A DNA stretch of 64,000 bases from Methanomassiliicoccales archaeon (lineage in GTDB: Archaea > Thermoplasmatota > Thermoplasmata > Methanomassiliicoccales > UBA472): positions 36,475 through 100,474 of the forward strand of contig DATJOX010000041.1 in NCBI GenBank assembly GCA_035506675.1, given 5' to 3'. Below are positions 7,387-16,712 of this stretch, piece after piece. Made by a program: the position numbers and the translations under genes. The notes under the pieces were generated by a model, which was not told where the DNA came from, did not search any database, and was given only the letters and a program-made list of their open reading frames with translations. Every line of letters begins with the position of its first letter. The first letter of the stretch is position 1.

Positions 7387-8277
7387 TCACAGGCGAAGAA
7401 GGCGAGCGATCGTGCCGCCGAGCACCTGCCCCTTCTGCTCCGAGGTCGCCCAGTCCTCCTCCTTCACGAACCTGACCCAGTAGTTGTAGGGATAGGCCAT
7501 GTCGAACAGCGGCCAATCAGAGCCGAATATCACCCTTCCGGGCATGTTCGCGATAGCCTCCTTGAGCCTGGATTTGCACGTCTCCGCGTCCCCTGGAAGC
7601 CATCCCTGCAGCGCCGAGCAGTCGGTGTACACCCTCGGATACTTCTTCGCGAGCGCGTACGTCTCCGCGCGGAACTTGCCACCGAGATGAGCGATGACGA
7701 GCTTGAGCTCGGGGTGCCTCGCGAGCACCTCGTCGAACAAAGCGGGATGGGTGTATTTGTCGTCCAAAGGTCCCCAGCTAGCGCCGCCGTGGGTGACGAC
7801 GATCAGATCGTGGTCCTCGACGAGCTTCCAGAATCCGGCCACCTTCTCCTCGTTCGGGAAGAAACCCGTGGCGGGGTACACCTTGACCCCTTTCGCATCG
7901 CAGTGCTTGACGTACTTCTCGACGAGCTCCCTGGCCTTGTCTCCCCGCAGCGGATCGACGCCGATGAAAGGAATCAGCCGGTGGTTGGCGTCGCGGCAGG
8001 ATTCGAAGACCCAATCGTTGTATGCCTCGATGCCGACCGCTGGAGCCTCGACCATGCCGAAGTCGAGAGGGAGTATGATCGCCCGGTCCACGCCCGCTTC
8101 GTCCATCGATCGCACGAGTGACGAGACATCTACCTGCGACATCGGCCAGTCCTCTTCCCTGTCAAGGCTCAGGTCGAGGATCCCATCCAATGCTAGGAGG
8201 GGCTCAAGGTAGGCGCGCAACAGCGAATTGGGGAGCATCTGGCGCTGCCAAACGTGGACATGGCCATCAATGATCAT
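7387..8277 (-). CDS. amidohydrolase-2 family metal-dependent hydrolase
   Basis: MIIDGHVHVW (HxH), then VVTHGG, VIAHLGG and FGSDWP motifs of TIM-barrel amidohydrolases. The start may be upstream, up to 8328. Confidence 0.7.
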   Translation of the reverse strand: MIIDGHVHVWQRQMLPNSLLRAYLEPLLALDGILDLSLDREEDWPMSQVDVSSLVRSMDEAGVDRAIILPLDFGMVEAPAVGIEAYNDWVFESCRDANHRLIPFIGVDPLRGDKARELVEKYVKHCDAKGVKVYPATGFFPNEEKVAGFWKLVEDHDLIVVTHGGASWGPLDDKYTHPALFDEVLARHPELKLVIAHLGGKFRAETYALAKKYPRVYTDCSALQGWLPGDAETCKSRLKEAIANMPGRVIFGSDWPLFDMAYPYNYWVRFVKEEDWATSEQKGQVLGGTIARLLRL

Positions 8278-8371
8278 CGTCCCACGATTGTGCCAAGGAC
8301 TGTAAATAGCCAACGCTCGGGACGGCACCGGCTAGAAATATAGGGTGTTCACAAGAAGCTCCGGGATTCGA

Positions 8372-8695
8372 ATGGTGAAAGTGAAGGTAGGCAAGAAGTC
8401 TGAGATGGCAGTGAACTCGATGATCGGCGTCAGCGCAGAGGAGAAGATGATACTCGTCGCCAACGTGGACGGCAAGATCTACTCGGTCCAGGGTTTCTGC
8501 ACACATATGGGTGGTCACCTGTACGAAGGCAAGCTGATCGGTAATGTGGTCAAGTGCCCTCGACACGGTTCGGAGTTCGACCTGACGACGGGCAAGAATC
8601 TCAAGGGGCCTTGGATACCGCTTCAGAAGAAGCCGGCGGACCTCAAGACATACGTAGTGATTGTCGAGGGCGACGATGTCTACGTCGAGGTCTAG
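8372..8695 (+). CDS. Rieske [2Fe-2S] domain protein
   Basis: CTHMGGHL ... CPRHGSEFD gives CxH...CxxH Rieske ligands. Start uncertain (8345 or 8372). Confidence 0.8.
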   Translation: MVKVKVGKKSEMAVNSMIGVSAEEKMILVANVDGKIYSVQGFCTHMGGHLYEGKLIGNVVKCPRHGSEFDLTTGKNLKGPWIPLQKKPADLKTYVVIVEGDDVYVEV

Positions 8696-8776
8696 CTAGA
8701 ACGCTTCCTGGGGCTCGGATGTCAGTGCTGCGGAAGAAAAGGGCACTAGGGGTCCTGCAAAGCAGCAGGAACGAGC

Positions 8777-8935
8777 CTAGCGCCGCACGATCGGCCTGAT
8801 AGCCCTGAAGCGCTCGTCCGTTCGCCTAAAGGATTCGGACAAAGAGAGATGTCCCTCGCTTTTCTTCGTCTTCTTCCCCTCCTTCACGGCAATGGCGAAG
8901 CCGGTCTCGGTCTTCTCAACGTTCGAGTAGGTCAT
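8777..8935 (-). CDS. possible small hypothetical protein (52 aa)
   Basis: Hand-translated ORF below the track cutoff: MTYSNVEKTETGFAIAVKEGKKTKKSEGHLSLSESFRRTDERFRAIRPIVRR. No homology recognised. Confidence 0.25.
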   Translation of the reverse strand: MTYSNVEKTETGFAIAVKEGKKTKKSEGHLSLSESFRRTDERFRAIRPIVRR

Positions 8936-8989
8936 TCTTCCAACCTCCGTAAACATCTACGTGAGCTGAAACGATAAACCCTTCGGATG

Positions 8990-9232
8990 CTACGAAATAT
9001 GCCGTTTCATCCCTCTGTTCAAACGGCTATTTTTAAATGGCCTACGTATTTCGTCAAGTATCTATATATGATTCTTAATAAAAATTTGTTGCATCTAAGA
9101 ATTGTCCATTAACGATTGACTTGTTAGATGTACGTCTTGCTACTACAAATAGTAATTAGACAAATCCGACTTAACAGTCCTAATTCGTATGATATCTATA
9201 TTTATACGAATAGCGCACGGTTGGCCAGTTGT
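8990..9232. other. AT-rich non-coding island with nested inverted repeats
   Basis: Nt 9061-9120 contain 15 G/C of 60, against more than 50% in flanking lines. Inverted repeats: ACGAAATA (8992-8999) / TATTTCGT (9047-9054) enclosing GCCGTTT (9001-9007) / AAACGGC (9021-9027), and TTCGTAT (9184-9190) / ATACGAA (9204-9210). Confidence 0.6.
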
Positions 9233-9338
9233 CAGAATGGGGATTGCGGAGCTGCATGTTCGTGCCTCGTCCGGCAGCAAGAAGAGCCTTCGGCTGCAGT
9301 CGAATCGACAACTGCCGACATTCTTGGGAATCGAGAAG

Positions 9339-9411
9339 TGGACCGGGCGAGATTTGAACTCGCGGCCTCTACCATGCCAAGATAGCGATCTTCCGGCTGA
9401 TCTACCGGCCC
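9339..9411 (-). tRNA. tRNA-Ala (GGC)
   Basis: Minus strand: GGGCCGG-UA-GAUC..GAUC-G-CUAUC-UUGGCAU-GGUAG-AGGCC-GCGAG-UUCAAAU-CUCGC-CCGGUCC-A. The G3:U70 Ala identity pair is present. Confidence 0.92.
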
Positions 9412-9459
9412 AGGTATTATCGCAAAAGCAAATGGCCTAGTTAAACCTTTGCCACTCGC

Positions 9460-10875
9460 CTAAACGTCCAAGCGCTGCTGGAATCTCATCTTTTCGCCGG
9501 GAACATTGGTCGGATACTCGCCTGTCAGGCAAGCCATGCAAAGCTCGCAATCCTGCATGCCGAGCGCACGCACCAAGCCGTCTAGAGACGTGTATGCGAC
9601 GCTGTCCGCGGTGATGAGCTTCGCGATCTCCTCCACGGTACGGTTGGTCGCGGCGAACTGCTCGCGCGTCTTCATGTCAATGCCGTAGTAGCAGGGCGCG
9701 CGAACAGGCGGGCAGCCGATGCGAACATGCACTTCCTTCGCCCCGGCACGCCTCGTCATCTGCACGATGCGGCGCATGGTGGTGCCTCGGACGATCGAGT
9801 CGTCGACGATTACCACGCGCTTTCCGCGGATCGTGCTCTTGATTGGATTGAGTTTGAGCGCCACGCCCTCGTCCCTAGCTGTCTGCTCCGGCATGATGAA
9901 CGTACGCTCAACGTAGCGGTTCTTCATGAACCCCTCTTCATAGGGTATGCCCGAGACCTCTGCGTAGCCAAGGGCGTGAGCGCGTCCCGAGTCGGGCACG
10001 GGCACGATCACATCCGCATTCACCGGCTGCTCCTGCGCTAGGATCTGTCCAAGGCGCTTCCTGGCCGTATATACCTCGAGCCCGTCGATCACCGAGTCCG
10101 GGCGGGCGAAGTATACCCACTCGAACATGCAATGCGCCTTGTGCGGCATCGCCGGCACAGAGTGCGATTGGAACCCCTGCGGGGTGATCTCGACGATCTC
10201 TCCCGGAACGACGTCCCGGACGAACTCACCCTGGAGCACGTCGAAGACGGCGCTTTCCGACGCGACCCCGTAGCCGTCGTTCAAGCGGCCGATGCACAAA
10301 GGCCGGAAGCCAAGGGGGTCGCGTACCCCGAACACCCTTCCGCCGAACATAAGTGTCATGGAGTATGAGCCGTCGATAACCCTCATCGTGTTCTTGATCG
10401 CTCGGATCGGGTCCGGATTCTGCGAGAGCTCGTTCGCCATCAGGCGCACGATGATCTCGGAGTCGGTGGTGGTGAGAAAGGCCCAGCCCTCCGACTGCAG
10501 CTTGGTGCGGATCTTCTCAGCGTTGACGATATCACCGTTGTGCGCGAGGGCGACCTCACCCTGCAGCAGCGAGACCACGATCGGCGCGACGTTCTCAGCG
10601 ACCGATGAGCCAGTCGTAGAATAGCGAACGTGCCCGATGCCGTTGTTGCCGCGCAGGTTCGCGACCGCACGCGGGGTCAGCACCTCATGGACAAGGCCCA
10701 TCCCCTTCACTTGGCGAATGCGGCCGTCGAAGATCGCCAAGCCGGCGCTCTCCTGACCGCGATGCTGTATGACCCGCAGTGCCTTTCTCAGAGAAGGGAC
10801 CGCATCGGTCGTCAACGACATCCCGACAACGCCGCAGAAGTGCTTGGGCTTGTCGGACAAGAGCTTACCTCGCAA
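9460..10875 (-). CDS. purF: amidophosphoribosyltransferase
   Basis: CGVVGM nucleophile Cys follows a short propeptide. The sequence has an Ntn glutaminase domain, a PRTase motif (VVIVDDSIVRGTT), and C-terminal Cys ligands. A TTG start abuts the rpl37e stop. Confidence 0.9.
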   Translation of the reverse strand: MRGKLLSDKPKHFCGVVGMSLTTDAVPSLRKALRVIQHRGQESAGLAIFDGRIRQVKGMGLVHEVLTPRAVANLRGNNGIGHVRYSTTGSSVAENVAPIVVSLLQGEVALAHNGDIVNAEKIRTKLQSEGWAFLTTTDSEIIVRLMANELSQNPDPIRAIKNTMRVIDGSYSMTLMFGGRVFGVRDPLGFRPLCIGRLNDGYGVASESAVFDVLQGEFVRDVVPGEIVEITPQGFQSHSVPAMPHKAHCMFEWVYFARPDSVIDGLEVYTARKRLGQILAQEQPVNADVIVPVPDSGRAHALGYAEVSGIPYEEGFMKNRYVERTFIMPEQTARDEGVALKLNPIKSTIRGKRVVIVDDSIVRGTTMRRIVQMTRRAGAKEVHVRIGCPPVRAPCYYGIDMKTREQFAATNRTVEEIAKLITADSVAYTSLDGLVRALGMQDCELCMACLTGEYPTNVPGEKMRFQQRLDV

Positions 10876-11043
10876 CTAGTGCGCCTTGGCCCAGTTGTAG
10901 GTCCTCATCTTTGCGGTCTTCCCGTACCCACAGGATGCGCACGCGCCCTTCCTGATGTTGTACGAGTGCTTGCCACAGCGGCGGCAAGGGACGTGAACCT
11001 TCTTGCTGCCCATCTTACCCATTGCGGGAGTGCCCTTTCCCAT
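10876..11043 (-). CDS. rpl37e: ribosomal protein eL37 (L37e)
   Basis: Hand-translated 55 aa: MGKGTPAMGKMGSKKVHVPCRRCGKHSYNIRKGACASCGYGKTAKMRTYNWAKAH. It has the CxxC...CxxC zinc ribbon of eL37. Below the ORF-track cutoff. Confidence 0.88.
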   Translation of the reverse strand: MGKGTPAMGKMGSKKVHVPCRRCGKHSYNIRKGACASCGYGKTAKMRTYNWAKAH

Positions 11044-11055
11044 GAAATCAACCCC

Positions 11056-11283
11056 TTAAGGTGAAATGTAGATGACGTTGTCCCCGCGGACGATGGTGAG
11101 AACGAGCTTCCGCACCACCTCGTTGTTGATCAGTTCCTCGGCGTTCTTGAGCACGAGGTTCATGTGGGGGTCGTACCCGTCAAGAACGCCCCGGTACTCC
11201 CGGTTCCCCTTGAGCTCCACGATGACCTGGCTGTTGATCGCCTGGTTCAATACCGCGAGAGGCTTCTGCATGCCCGAATTCAC
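11056..11283 (-). CDS. Sm-like (LSm/SmAP) protein
   Basis: Sm1/Sm2 motifs: [26 protein letters not shown] ... [10 protein letters not shown]. It sits in the conserved archaeal Sm-L37e arrangement. Confidence 0.88.
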   Translation of the reverse strand: MNSGMQKPLAVLNQAINSQVIVELKGNREYRGVLDGYDPHMNLVLKNAEELINNEVVRKLVLTIVRGDNVIYISP

Positions 11284-11343
11284 CTAGCTGCGGGATAAAT
11301 GCCACCGTATTAAAGCCTTTTCATTCTGGACGCGGCGTGGCCA

Positions 11344-12474
11344 TCAAACGAAAGCGCCGATGGTGGGGGCATCCAGTCGGTCCATGTCGTAGAAGATTAT
11401 GCCTTCGCGAACGCCGTTTTGATCTAGCCTTCCGCCGGTGAGCGCGGCAAGCAGCGAGCACCTCCAAAGCAGGTCGAGGGCCGCGGTCGCGATCGCCCCG
11501 AAGTAGACGTTCGGAACGTAGTCCTCATAGCCGAGGTCGTCGAGCAGGTAGTAGGCGTGCCCGAGCATGCTGTCGCGACGATTCAGGATCCGGAGGTAGT
11601 CGGTGAACGCCTTCTGTCCGTCGCCGATCGGCCTCATCAGCGGGACCGTGAAAGGGTCGATGGTGCGCGACCGCTCGAGCTTGCCATCCTCCGCCATGAC
11701 GTACATGTCGAGCTCCCGCTCCTGGCTCATGAAGATGTTCCATTTACCTTGCGGATCGCAGTACACCGGCGAGGAGAACGGGTCCATGGAGTTCATCGAT
11801 TCGAGGGAAGTTACCATCGCCGACTGCTTGAGCTCGTCGAGACGGCGCTCCTCGCGCTCGAGCGCGGACGGCAGGATCATCTCCTCGTCCTCGACGGATG
11901 CCTCGAGCACCCTGCCGATGTACAGCGGATCGGCGAACAGAGGCAATTTCGCCTCGAGCTCCGCGCGAAGCTCCTTCGAATCATGCTCCAAACCAGCGTC
12001 GCGGCAGTTGGCGTAGAACTGCTCGTAGACCTCGCTCGAATCCTCGAGTCCCCTTGCGATCGCCGCCTTGTTCTCCTCCACAAGCTGCATGCCAAGAAGC
12101 GTTGCGTCCTCTCCCTGTCCGGTCCACACGCCCCGGCAGGAGAGATCGAGCTCGACTTGGGCCCGCGTGCTCAGGTGCACATGGAACGGATACGCTCGAC
12201 AGTAGTGTGGCCGGTTCTGATAGACGGAGCAGCGTCGGTCCTCCAGGAACGTGCAAGGTCCTCCGCCCTGCTTGAGCACGAGCGCCGTGTGCTTGTGCGG
12301 CGAGCGCCTCGTCACGATCCGCTCGGGGAAGTTGCGTTTAAAGAACTGCACCTCCGATTCGAGCAGCTCGGGCTGGCAGAGGCAGCAGAGCTGGCACGGA
12401 TCGACGCAGACGAACTTCCTTCCCTCCAGTTCGGAGAGGTCAAGCGGTAGGCTTCGGCTTGGGAACAACCACAT
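11344..12474 (-). CDS. YkgJ/UPF0153-type Cys-cluster protein with long C-terminal extension
   Basis: CVDPCQLCCLC ... GGGPCTFLEDRRCSVYQNRPHYCRAYPF is the CxxCxxCC zinc/iron-chelating domain. About 250 further residues are unassigned. The ATG overlaps the pyrC stop by ~35 nt. Confidence 0.6.
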   Translation of the reverse strand: MWLFPSRSLPLDLSELEGRKFVCVDPCQLCCLCQPELLESEVQFFKRNFPERIVTRRSPHKHTALVLKQGGGPCTFLEDRRCSVYQNRPHYCRAYPFHVHLSTRAQVELDLSCRGVWTGQGEDATLLGMQLVEENKAAIARGLEDSSEVYEQFYANCRDAGLEHDSKELRAELEAKLPLFADPLYIGRVLEASVEDEEMILPSALEREERRLDELKQSAMVTSLESMNSMDPFSSPVYCDPQGKWNIFMSQERELDMYVMAEDGKLERSRTIDPFTVPLMRPIGDGQKAFTDYLRILNRRDSMLGHAYYLLDDLGYEDYVPNVYFGAIATAALDLLWRCSLLAALTGGRLDQNGVREGIIFYDMDRLDAPTIGAFV

Positions 12475-13717
12475 CCCTGCCCATGCGCTCCCCGACCAGG
12501 GAGCCGTCCTCGGTGAGCATCATCCCTCTCAAAAAGGTTGCCTTCGGGAAGATGGCCTCCATCCCCTCGTAGGGCGTCCAGCCGCACTTGCTGTGCAATC
12601 TGCGCTTGCTGATCGGCACGACCTCGCGCGGGTCGAAGACGTTCAGGTCCGCGTCCCTCCCGACCTCGATCCTTCCCTTGTTGAGCGCGAAAATCTCAGA
12701 GGGCCGCTCGCTGCTCATGCTCACGAGCTGGGCGAGGGATATCGTGTCGCGCTTCACCAGCGCCATCATCAAAGGCAGCATCGTCTCCACGCCCGGAACG
12801 CCCGAGGGCGCGGCGTCGAACTCCTGCTCCATGTCCTCGATTGAGTGCGGAGCGTGATCGGAGGCGAGCATGTCGACGCGCCCCTTGACGAACTCGCCGA
12901 ACAGCGCGTCCTTCTCGATCTTCGTCCTGAGCGGTGGATTGGTCTTGTAGTACGCGGTTTTGCCCGAGGAGATGTCCAGTAGCAGGTGGTGCGGAGTGAC
13001 CTCGGTGGTGAACCCAGCAGATTTAGCGGCGTCTAGCCCCGCCTTGCTGCTCACGTGGCAGACGTTGACATTCGCTCCCTCCGCGATCTTCGCCAGGCGC
13101 TCGATCGCTGAGACCTCCGCCTGGATCGGGCGCGCCTCCTCGTGATCCTTCGGGTTCTTCTCCTCCTTCTTGACTATCAGATGCTGGTCCTCGGCGTGCA
13201 CGCTGACGACCTTGTCGAACTTCCTGGCGGTGGCGAGCACCGGCTTGATGTCCCTGTCCTCGGTCAGCAGGATCGCGCCGGTGGTCGATGACATGAACAC
13301 CTTGACGCCAACGACGTCGAGCACGATGCGCATCAAATTCGAGTCCTCGGTGCATCCGCCGAACAGCCCGTAGTCTACCCACGCCTTGTGGCGGGCGATG
13401 GACTTCTTCTCGAGCAGGTCCTCGCGGAGCACCGTGGGCGGTCTGGTGTTCGGCATGTCGAAGACGCATGTCACCCCGCCGTGGACAGCGGCGAGCGTGC
13501 CGGTCGCGAAATCCTCCTTCTTCGTCATCCCTGGATCGCGCATGTGCGTGTGCACGTCGATGCCCGCCGGCAGGATGATCATGTCGTTGAAGTCGTGCCT
13601 TGCATCTCCGCCAGCGAGATGACGCTTGACGCTCACAATCTTGCCCTCGTCGATCCCGATGTCCACTGGCTCCAGCCTTTCCTTGAGCCAGGCCCTCCCC
13701 GAGACGACCGAGTCCAT
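12440..13717 (-). CDS. pyrC: dihydroorotase
   Basis: GIDVHTHMRDPG (HxH), then SVHAED, HVSS and LASDHAPH motifs of cyclic amidohydrolases. Start chosen at MDSVVSG (13717) rather than the Arg/Ser-rich extension to 13810. Confidence 0.8.
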   Translation of the reverse strand: MDSVVSGRAWLKERLEPVDIGIDEGKIVSVKRHLAGGDARHDFNDMIILPAGIDVHTHMRDPGMTKKEDFATGTLAAVHGGVTCVFDMPNTRPPTVLREDLLEKKSIARHKAWVDYGLFGGCTEDSNLMRIVLDVVGVKVFMSSTTGAILLTEDRDIKPVLATARKFDKVVSVHAEDQHLIVKKEEKNPKDHEEARPIQAEVSAIERLAKIAEGANVNVCHVSSKAGLDAAKSAGFTTEVTPHHLLLDISSGKTAYYKTNPPLRTKIEKDALFGEFVKGRVDMLASDHAPHSIEDMEQEFDAAPSGVPGVETMLPLMMALVKRDTISLAQLVSMSSERPSEIFALNKGRIEVGRDADLNVFDPREVVPISKRRLHSKCGWTPYEGMEAIFPKATFLRGMMLTEDGSLVGERMGRDVVVPKPKPTA

Positions 13718-13721
13718 CGTA

Positions 13722-14312
13722 TCACGCGCTCTGCTTGCGGACGATCTTGCCGCGGGGCGTCTCTTCCGCGAAGATCTCCGCCTGGAACTTGAAGACCTTG
13801 CACTTGGCATCGAGCCAGGTATCGGGCGTCAGGCCCGCTTTCAAGCAGGTCTGGCCGAGGAACGTCTCCGCGTCCCACCCCCACTCGGGCGCGACCTGCG
13901 GCAAGAGCAACCCGCGGCAGAAACCCATTTCCATGATAAGCCCGTCCTTACCGACCTCGACCTTCGAGGGGAGCTCCTTGCGCGGCGACTTGACCTCTTC
14001 CGGGACGGTCAGGACGCTGATCTCGACCACCACGTGGTCCAGCTCGTTCTTCTTGAGATAAGGGAAGCGGGGATCGTGGCAGGCGCCTTCGGCCGCTTGC
14101 ACGAGCGCCTTCGCGAGGGAAAATACCGGTTCTGGATAACCGATGCAACCGCGCAACTCCATTTCCGGGTAGGTGTGAAGCGTGACGAAGGCGCCTCTCT
14201 TCTGCCGGAAGCTCTCAGGAGCGTCTATCTGGCCGGGCTCGGTGTCGCCGGCCTCCGCCTCGATCGCCCTCCTGGCAATCCTGACCGCCAATTCCCCTTC
14301 GCTGTCCTTCAT
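13722..14312 (-). CDS. AMMECR1 domain protein
   Basis: LRGCIGYPEP signature and the overall AMMECR1 pattern. Start at MKDSEGE; the ORF extends to 14345. Confidence 0.8.
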   Translation of the reverse strand: MKDSEGELAVRIARRAIEAEAGDTEPGQIDAPESFRQKRGAFVTLHTYPEMELRGCIGYPEPVFSLAKALVQAAEGACHDPRFPYLKKNELDHVVVEISVLTVPEEVKSPRKELPSKVEVGKDGLIMEMGFCRGLLLPQVAPEWGWDAETFLGQTCLKAGLTPDTWLDAKCKVFKFQAEIFAEETPRGKIVRKQSA

Positions 14313-14536
14313 TCGATCCTCTCTGGTGCGATGTAGATTCAGCAAGGACCGTTTTAAAGCTTGGCAAGAACGCCTGCGAGGAAGAGTATTACGAAAACAT
14401 GCACGCGCTAGGGGTTGAACCTTTGCCCGTTCTTGTTGTCACAGGGGGCGTCGCTACGTGAACCGTCGATGGGCGCGAGCGCGTTCCGCACCCGTCTGAC
14501 AATCCTTTTTCTAGCGGGGCATTCCTAGATTCAAAC

Positions 14537-15103
14537 ATGAGGGAAAAGGCGAAGGACATCTACGTTGGGGAGGTCATGAGCAAAGACCCGAAGACCGCGG
14601 GTCCGGGGATGTCCGCGCAGGCAGCGGCGAAGCTGATGCGCGCCGAGAACGTCGGGAGCCTGGTGATCGTCGAGGACCACCGCACCATCGGCATCCTGAC
14701 GGAGAAGGACTTCGTCGAGAAGCTCGCGGCCGAGAACAGGAGCGCCGCCCGCGTCACCGTCGCGGACATCATGACGGCGCCAGTGGTGGCGATCGGTCCG
14801 AGCGAGAGCATCACCTCGGCGGCGAGGAAGATGTCGGAGATCAAGCGGCACCGGCTGCCGGTGGTGGAAAACGGTCAGCTGGTCGGAATACTGACCGAGA
14901 ACGACATCCTCAGGATCTCGCCCTCACTGATCGAGCTCACCAGGGAGTGGTCGTCGCTCGGAGCTTGCGGACCCACGGGCATGCAATCGGCAACGGTCGA
15001 GTCGGGTTACTGCGAGAACTGCGGCATGTACTCCAACGAGCTGAGGATGGTCGATGGGAATCTCTTGTGCGCCGTTTGCCGAGAGACCGGACCGAGCGAG
15101 TGA
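14537..15103 (+). CDS. CBS-pair protein with C-terminal zinc ribbon
   Basis: Two CBS repeats (VGEVMSKDPKT...; VADIMTAPVVAI...HRLPVVENGQLVGILTENDIL), followed by CENCG...CAVC. Confidence 0.75.
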   Translation: MREKAKDIYVGEVMSKDPKTAGPGMSAQAAAKLMRAENVGSLVIVEDHRTIGILTEKDFVEKLAAENRSAARVTVADIMTAPVVAIGPSESITSAARKMSEIKRHRLPVVENGQLVGILTENDILRISPSLIELTREWSSLGACGPTGMQSATVESGYCENCGMYSNELRMVDGNLLCAVCRETGPSE

Positions 15104-15114
15104 GAGCCCGGCAA

Positions 15115-15363
15115 CTACTGGACGTCGATCTTCCTGAGCCTATCGCCCTTGCCTTCGCCCTTCTCGTTCCTGTCGCAAGCCTCGATGCGCGCATCGATGA
15201 GCGCCCGGACGGTGAGGAGGATCTCCTTCTTCGCCTTGACGGCGTGCTCGCGCACCTCCGGGGGCATTCCCTGCGTGGGGAACATCGAGTCCATCGCCAT
15301 CGCCATCTCGCTCCCGGCCCTCAGGAAGTGCGCCTGGGTCTCCTTGCTGAACATGGCGTCCAT
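15115..15363 (-). CDS. small hypothetical protein downstream of the ArsA-like gene
   Basis: 82-aa product from MDAMFSKETQAHF.... The longer listed ORF (to 15564) overlaps the ArsA C-terminus in another frame. Confidence 0.4.
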   Translation of the reverse strand: MDAMFSKETQAHFLRAGSEMAMAMDSMFPTQGMPPEVREHAVKAKKEILLTVRALIDARIEACDRNEKGEGKGDRLRKIDVQ

Positions 15364-15397
15364 GGGCGGCCTCCTCCCTGGCCACTCCGCGCTCTCT

Positions 15398-16612
15398 TCA
15401 GGCCTCTCCTCTTCCTTCTTGCTTGACTTCCTTGGTGCCACCCTTGGTCCCTCCAGTGAATCTGATGAGCAGGCGACCCTCCCGGAACTCCGCTTGGGAC
15501 GCCTCCTTCTTGGCGAGCGTGTAAGGCAGCGTGATGGAACGCTTGTACCAGCCCACCGTGACAATCAAGGTGTCCTCTGACTTATATAATTCTACTTCCT
15601 CCTTCTGGGAGAATGGCAGCTTGATGGACAGCGTGTCCACGCCGTGGTCGTCGTAGATCTCGAGCGCCTTCTCGCGGCTGTAGATCTGCGTCGGGTCGGT
15701 ATCGTCGAAGAGCATGTCCGCGAGCTTCTCGAGCGACGCCCTTCCAACGAGCTCGGTGCTGAACTGCGTCGCCTTCAGCATCTTCAGCGGGCTGAAGCTC
15801 TCGTCGATCACATTCATGTAGAACGCCTGCTCCTTGAGCTTCTCCTTGAAGAACGCACCCGGGGTGTTCTCGGGCAGCAGGCGATTGACGACCAGAGCTT
15901 CAACGGTCAGATTGTACAGGCTCAGGTAGGTGAAGGCGCGCTTGGTCTCGTTGATGACCATGCGCTCGGGGTTGACGACGAGACGCACGGAGCTGACGTT
16001 CGGGTCGGCGAGGATGTCGCGCACGGTGTGCAGGCGTTCGCGCAGATGCTCGATGTCCTCGAAGAGCTGGTCGGATGGCAGCGGAGCGCTGATGAAGCGC
16101 CCGACGGTCGCCCGCGCGAGCTTGATCATGTGCTTGAGCACCCGGTACAGCTTGTCGAAGTACCAGTCGGAGATGTCCGGGAAGGAGAGCAATCGCAGCG
16201 TTTCCCCGGTGGGTGCGGTATCCAGGATGACGACGTCGTACTGCTTCGTCTCGTTGTACTCCCAGATGTAGAAGAGAGCGGACATGAGCTCCATGCCGGG
16301 CCAGACGGACATCTCCTTCGCGGTGATGCCTTCGATGCCCTGCGAGGCGAGGAACTCGGTGAGGTAACGGTCGACCTCCTTCCAGCGATGCTCCATCTCG
16401 TAGAGCACGTCGACCTCCATCGCATCGAGGTTCTTGGCGACCTTCTTCGGCAGTCCGCTCAGCGGCACTTCCAGCGAATCTGCCAGCGAATGCGCTTGAT
16501 CGGTGCTGATGGCGATGGTGCGGTACCCGAGCTTGGCGGAGCGCAGGGCGGTGGCAGCGGCCACGGAGGTCTTGCCCACGCCGCCCTTGCCAGTATAGAT
16601 TATTACCCTTAT
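15398..16612 (-). CDS. ArsA/Get3-family ATPase with HSP20/CS-like C-terminal domain
   Basis: The P-loop GKGGVGKT, plus DTAPTGETLRLL, match the ArsA/Get3 family. The first canonical start (GTG 16579) lies inside the P-loop. The in-frame upstream sequence reads (I)RVIIYTGKGGVGKT, so a non-canonical ATA start at 16612 is proposed. Confidence 0.75.
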   Translation of the reverse strand: MRVIIYTGKGGVGKTSVAAATALRSAKLGYRTIAISTDQAHSLADSLEVPLSGLPKKVAKNLDAMEVDVLYEMEHRWKEVDRYLTEFLASQGIEGITAKEMSVWPGMELMSALFYIWEYNETKQYDVVILDTAPTGETLRLLSFPDISDWYFDKLYRVLKHMIKLARATVGRFISAPLPSDQLFEDIEHLRERLHTVRDILADPNVSSVRLVVNPERMVINETKRAFTYLSLYNLTVEALVVNRLLPENTPGAFFKEKLKEQAFYMNVIDESFSPLKMLKATQFSTELVGRASLEKLADMLFDDTDPTQIYSREKALEIYDDHGVDTLSIKLPFSQKEEVELYKSEDTLIVTVGWYKRSITLPYTLAKKEASQAEFREGRLLIRFTGGTKGGTKEVKQEGRGEA

Positions 16613-16712
16613 CCTAACACCAGCCAGAGATGACGGCGCTGCCCGTACAAAAAGATGCGGTGCGCTTTGACCGAGAACGACGTGGATGCAAGAAATGAAG
16701 AATAGGGGAAGG

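Noticed and set aside
8990-9232. Replication origin (oriC) interpretation of the AT-rich island
   Set aside because: No orc1/cdc6 gene is adjacent and I could not recognise ORB consensus repeats. It is kept only as an unexplained island.
9128-9440. ORFs 9128..9385 and 9189..9440 in the AT-rich island
   Set aside because: They run across tRNA-Ala, and their composition is atypical for this genome. They are treated as non-coding.
15644-16633. 329-aa ORF on the plus strand
   Set aside because: It is antisense to the clearly recognisable ArsA/Get3 gene. Its Arg/Leu/Asp/His-rich composition is typical of GC-rich antisense frames.
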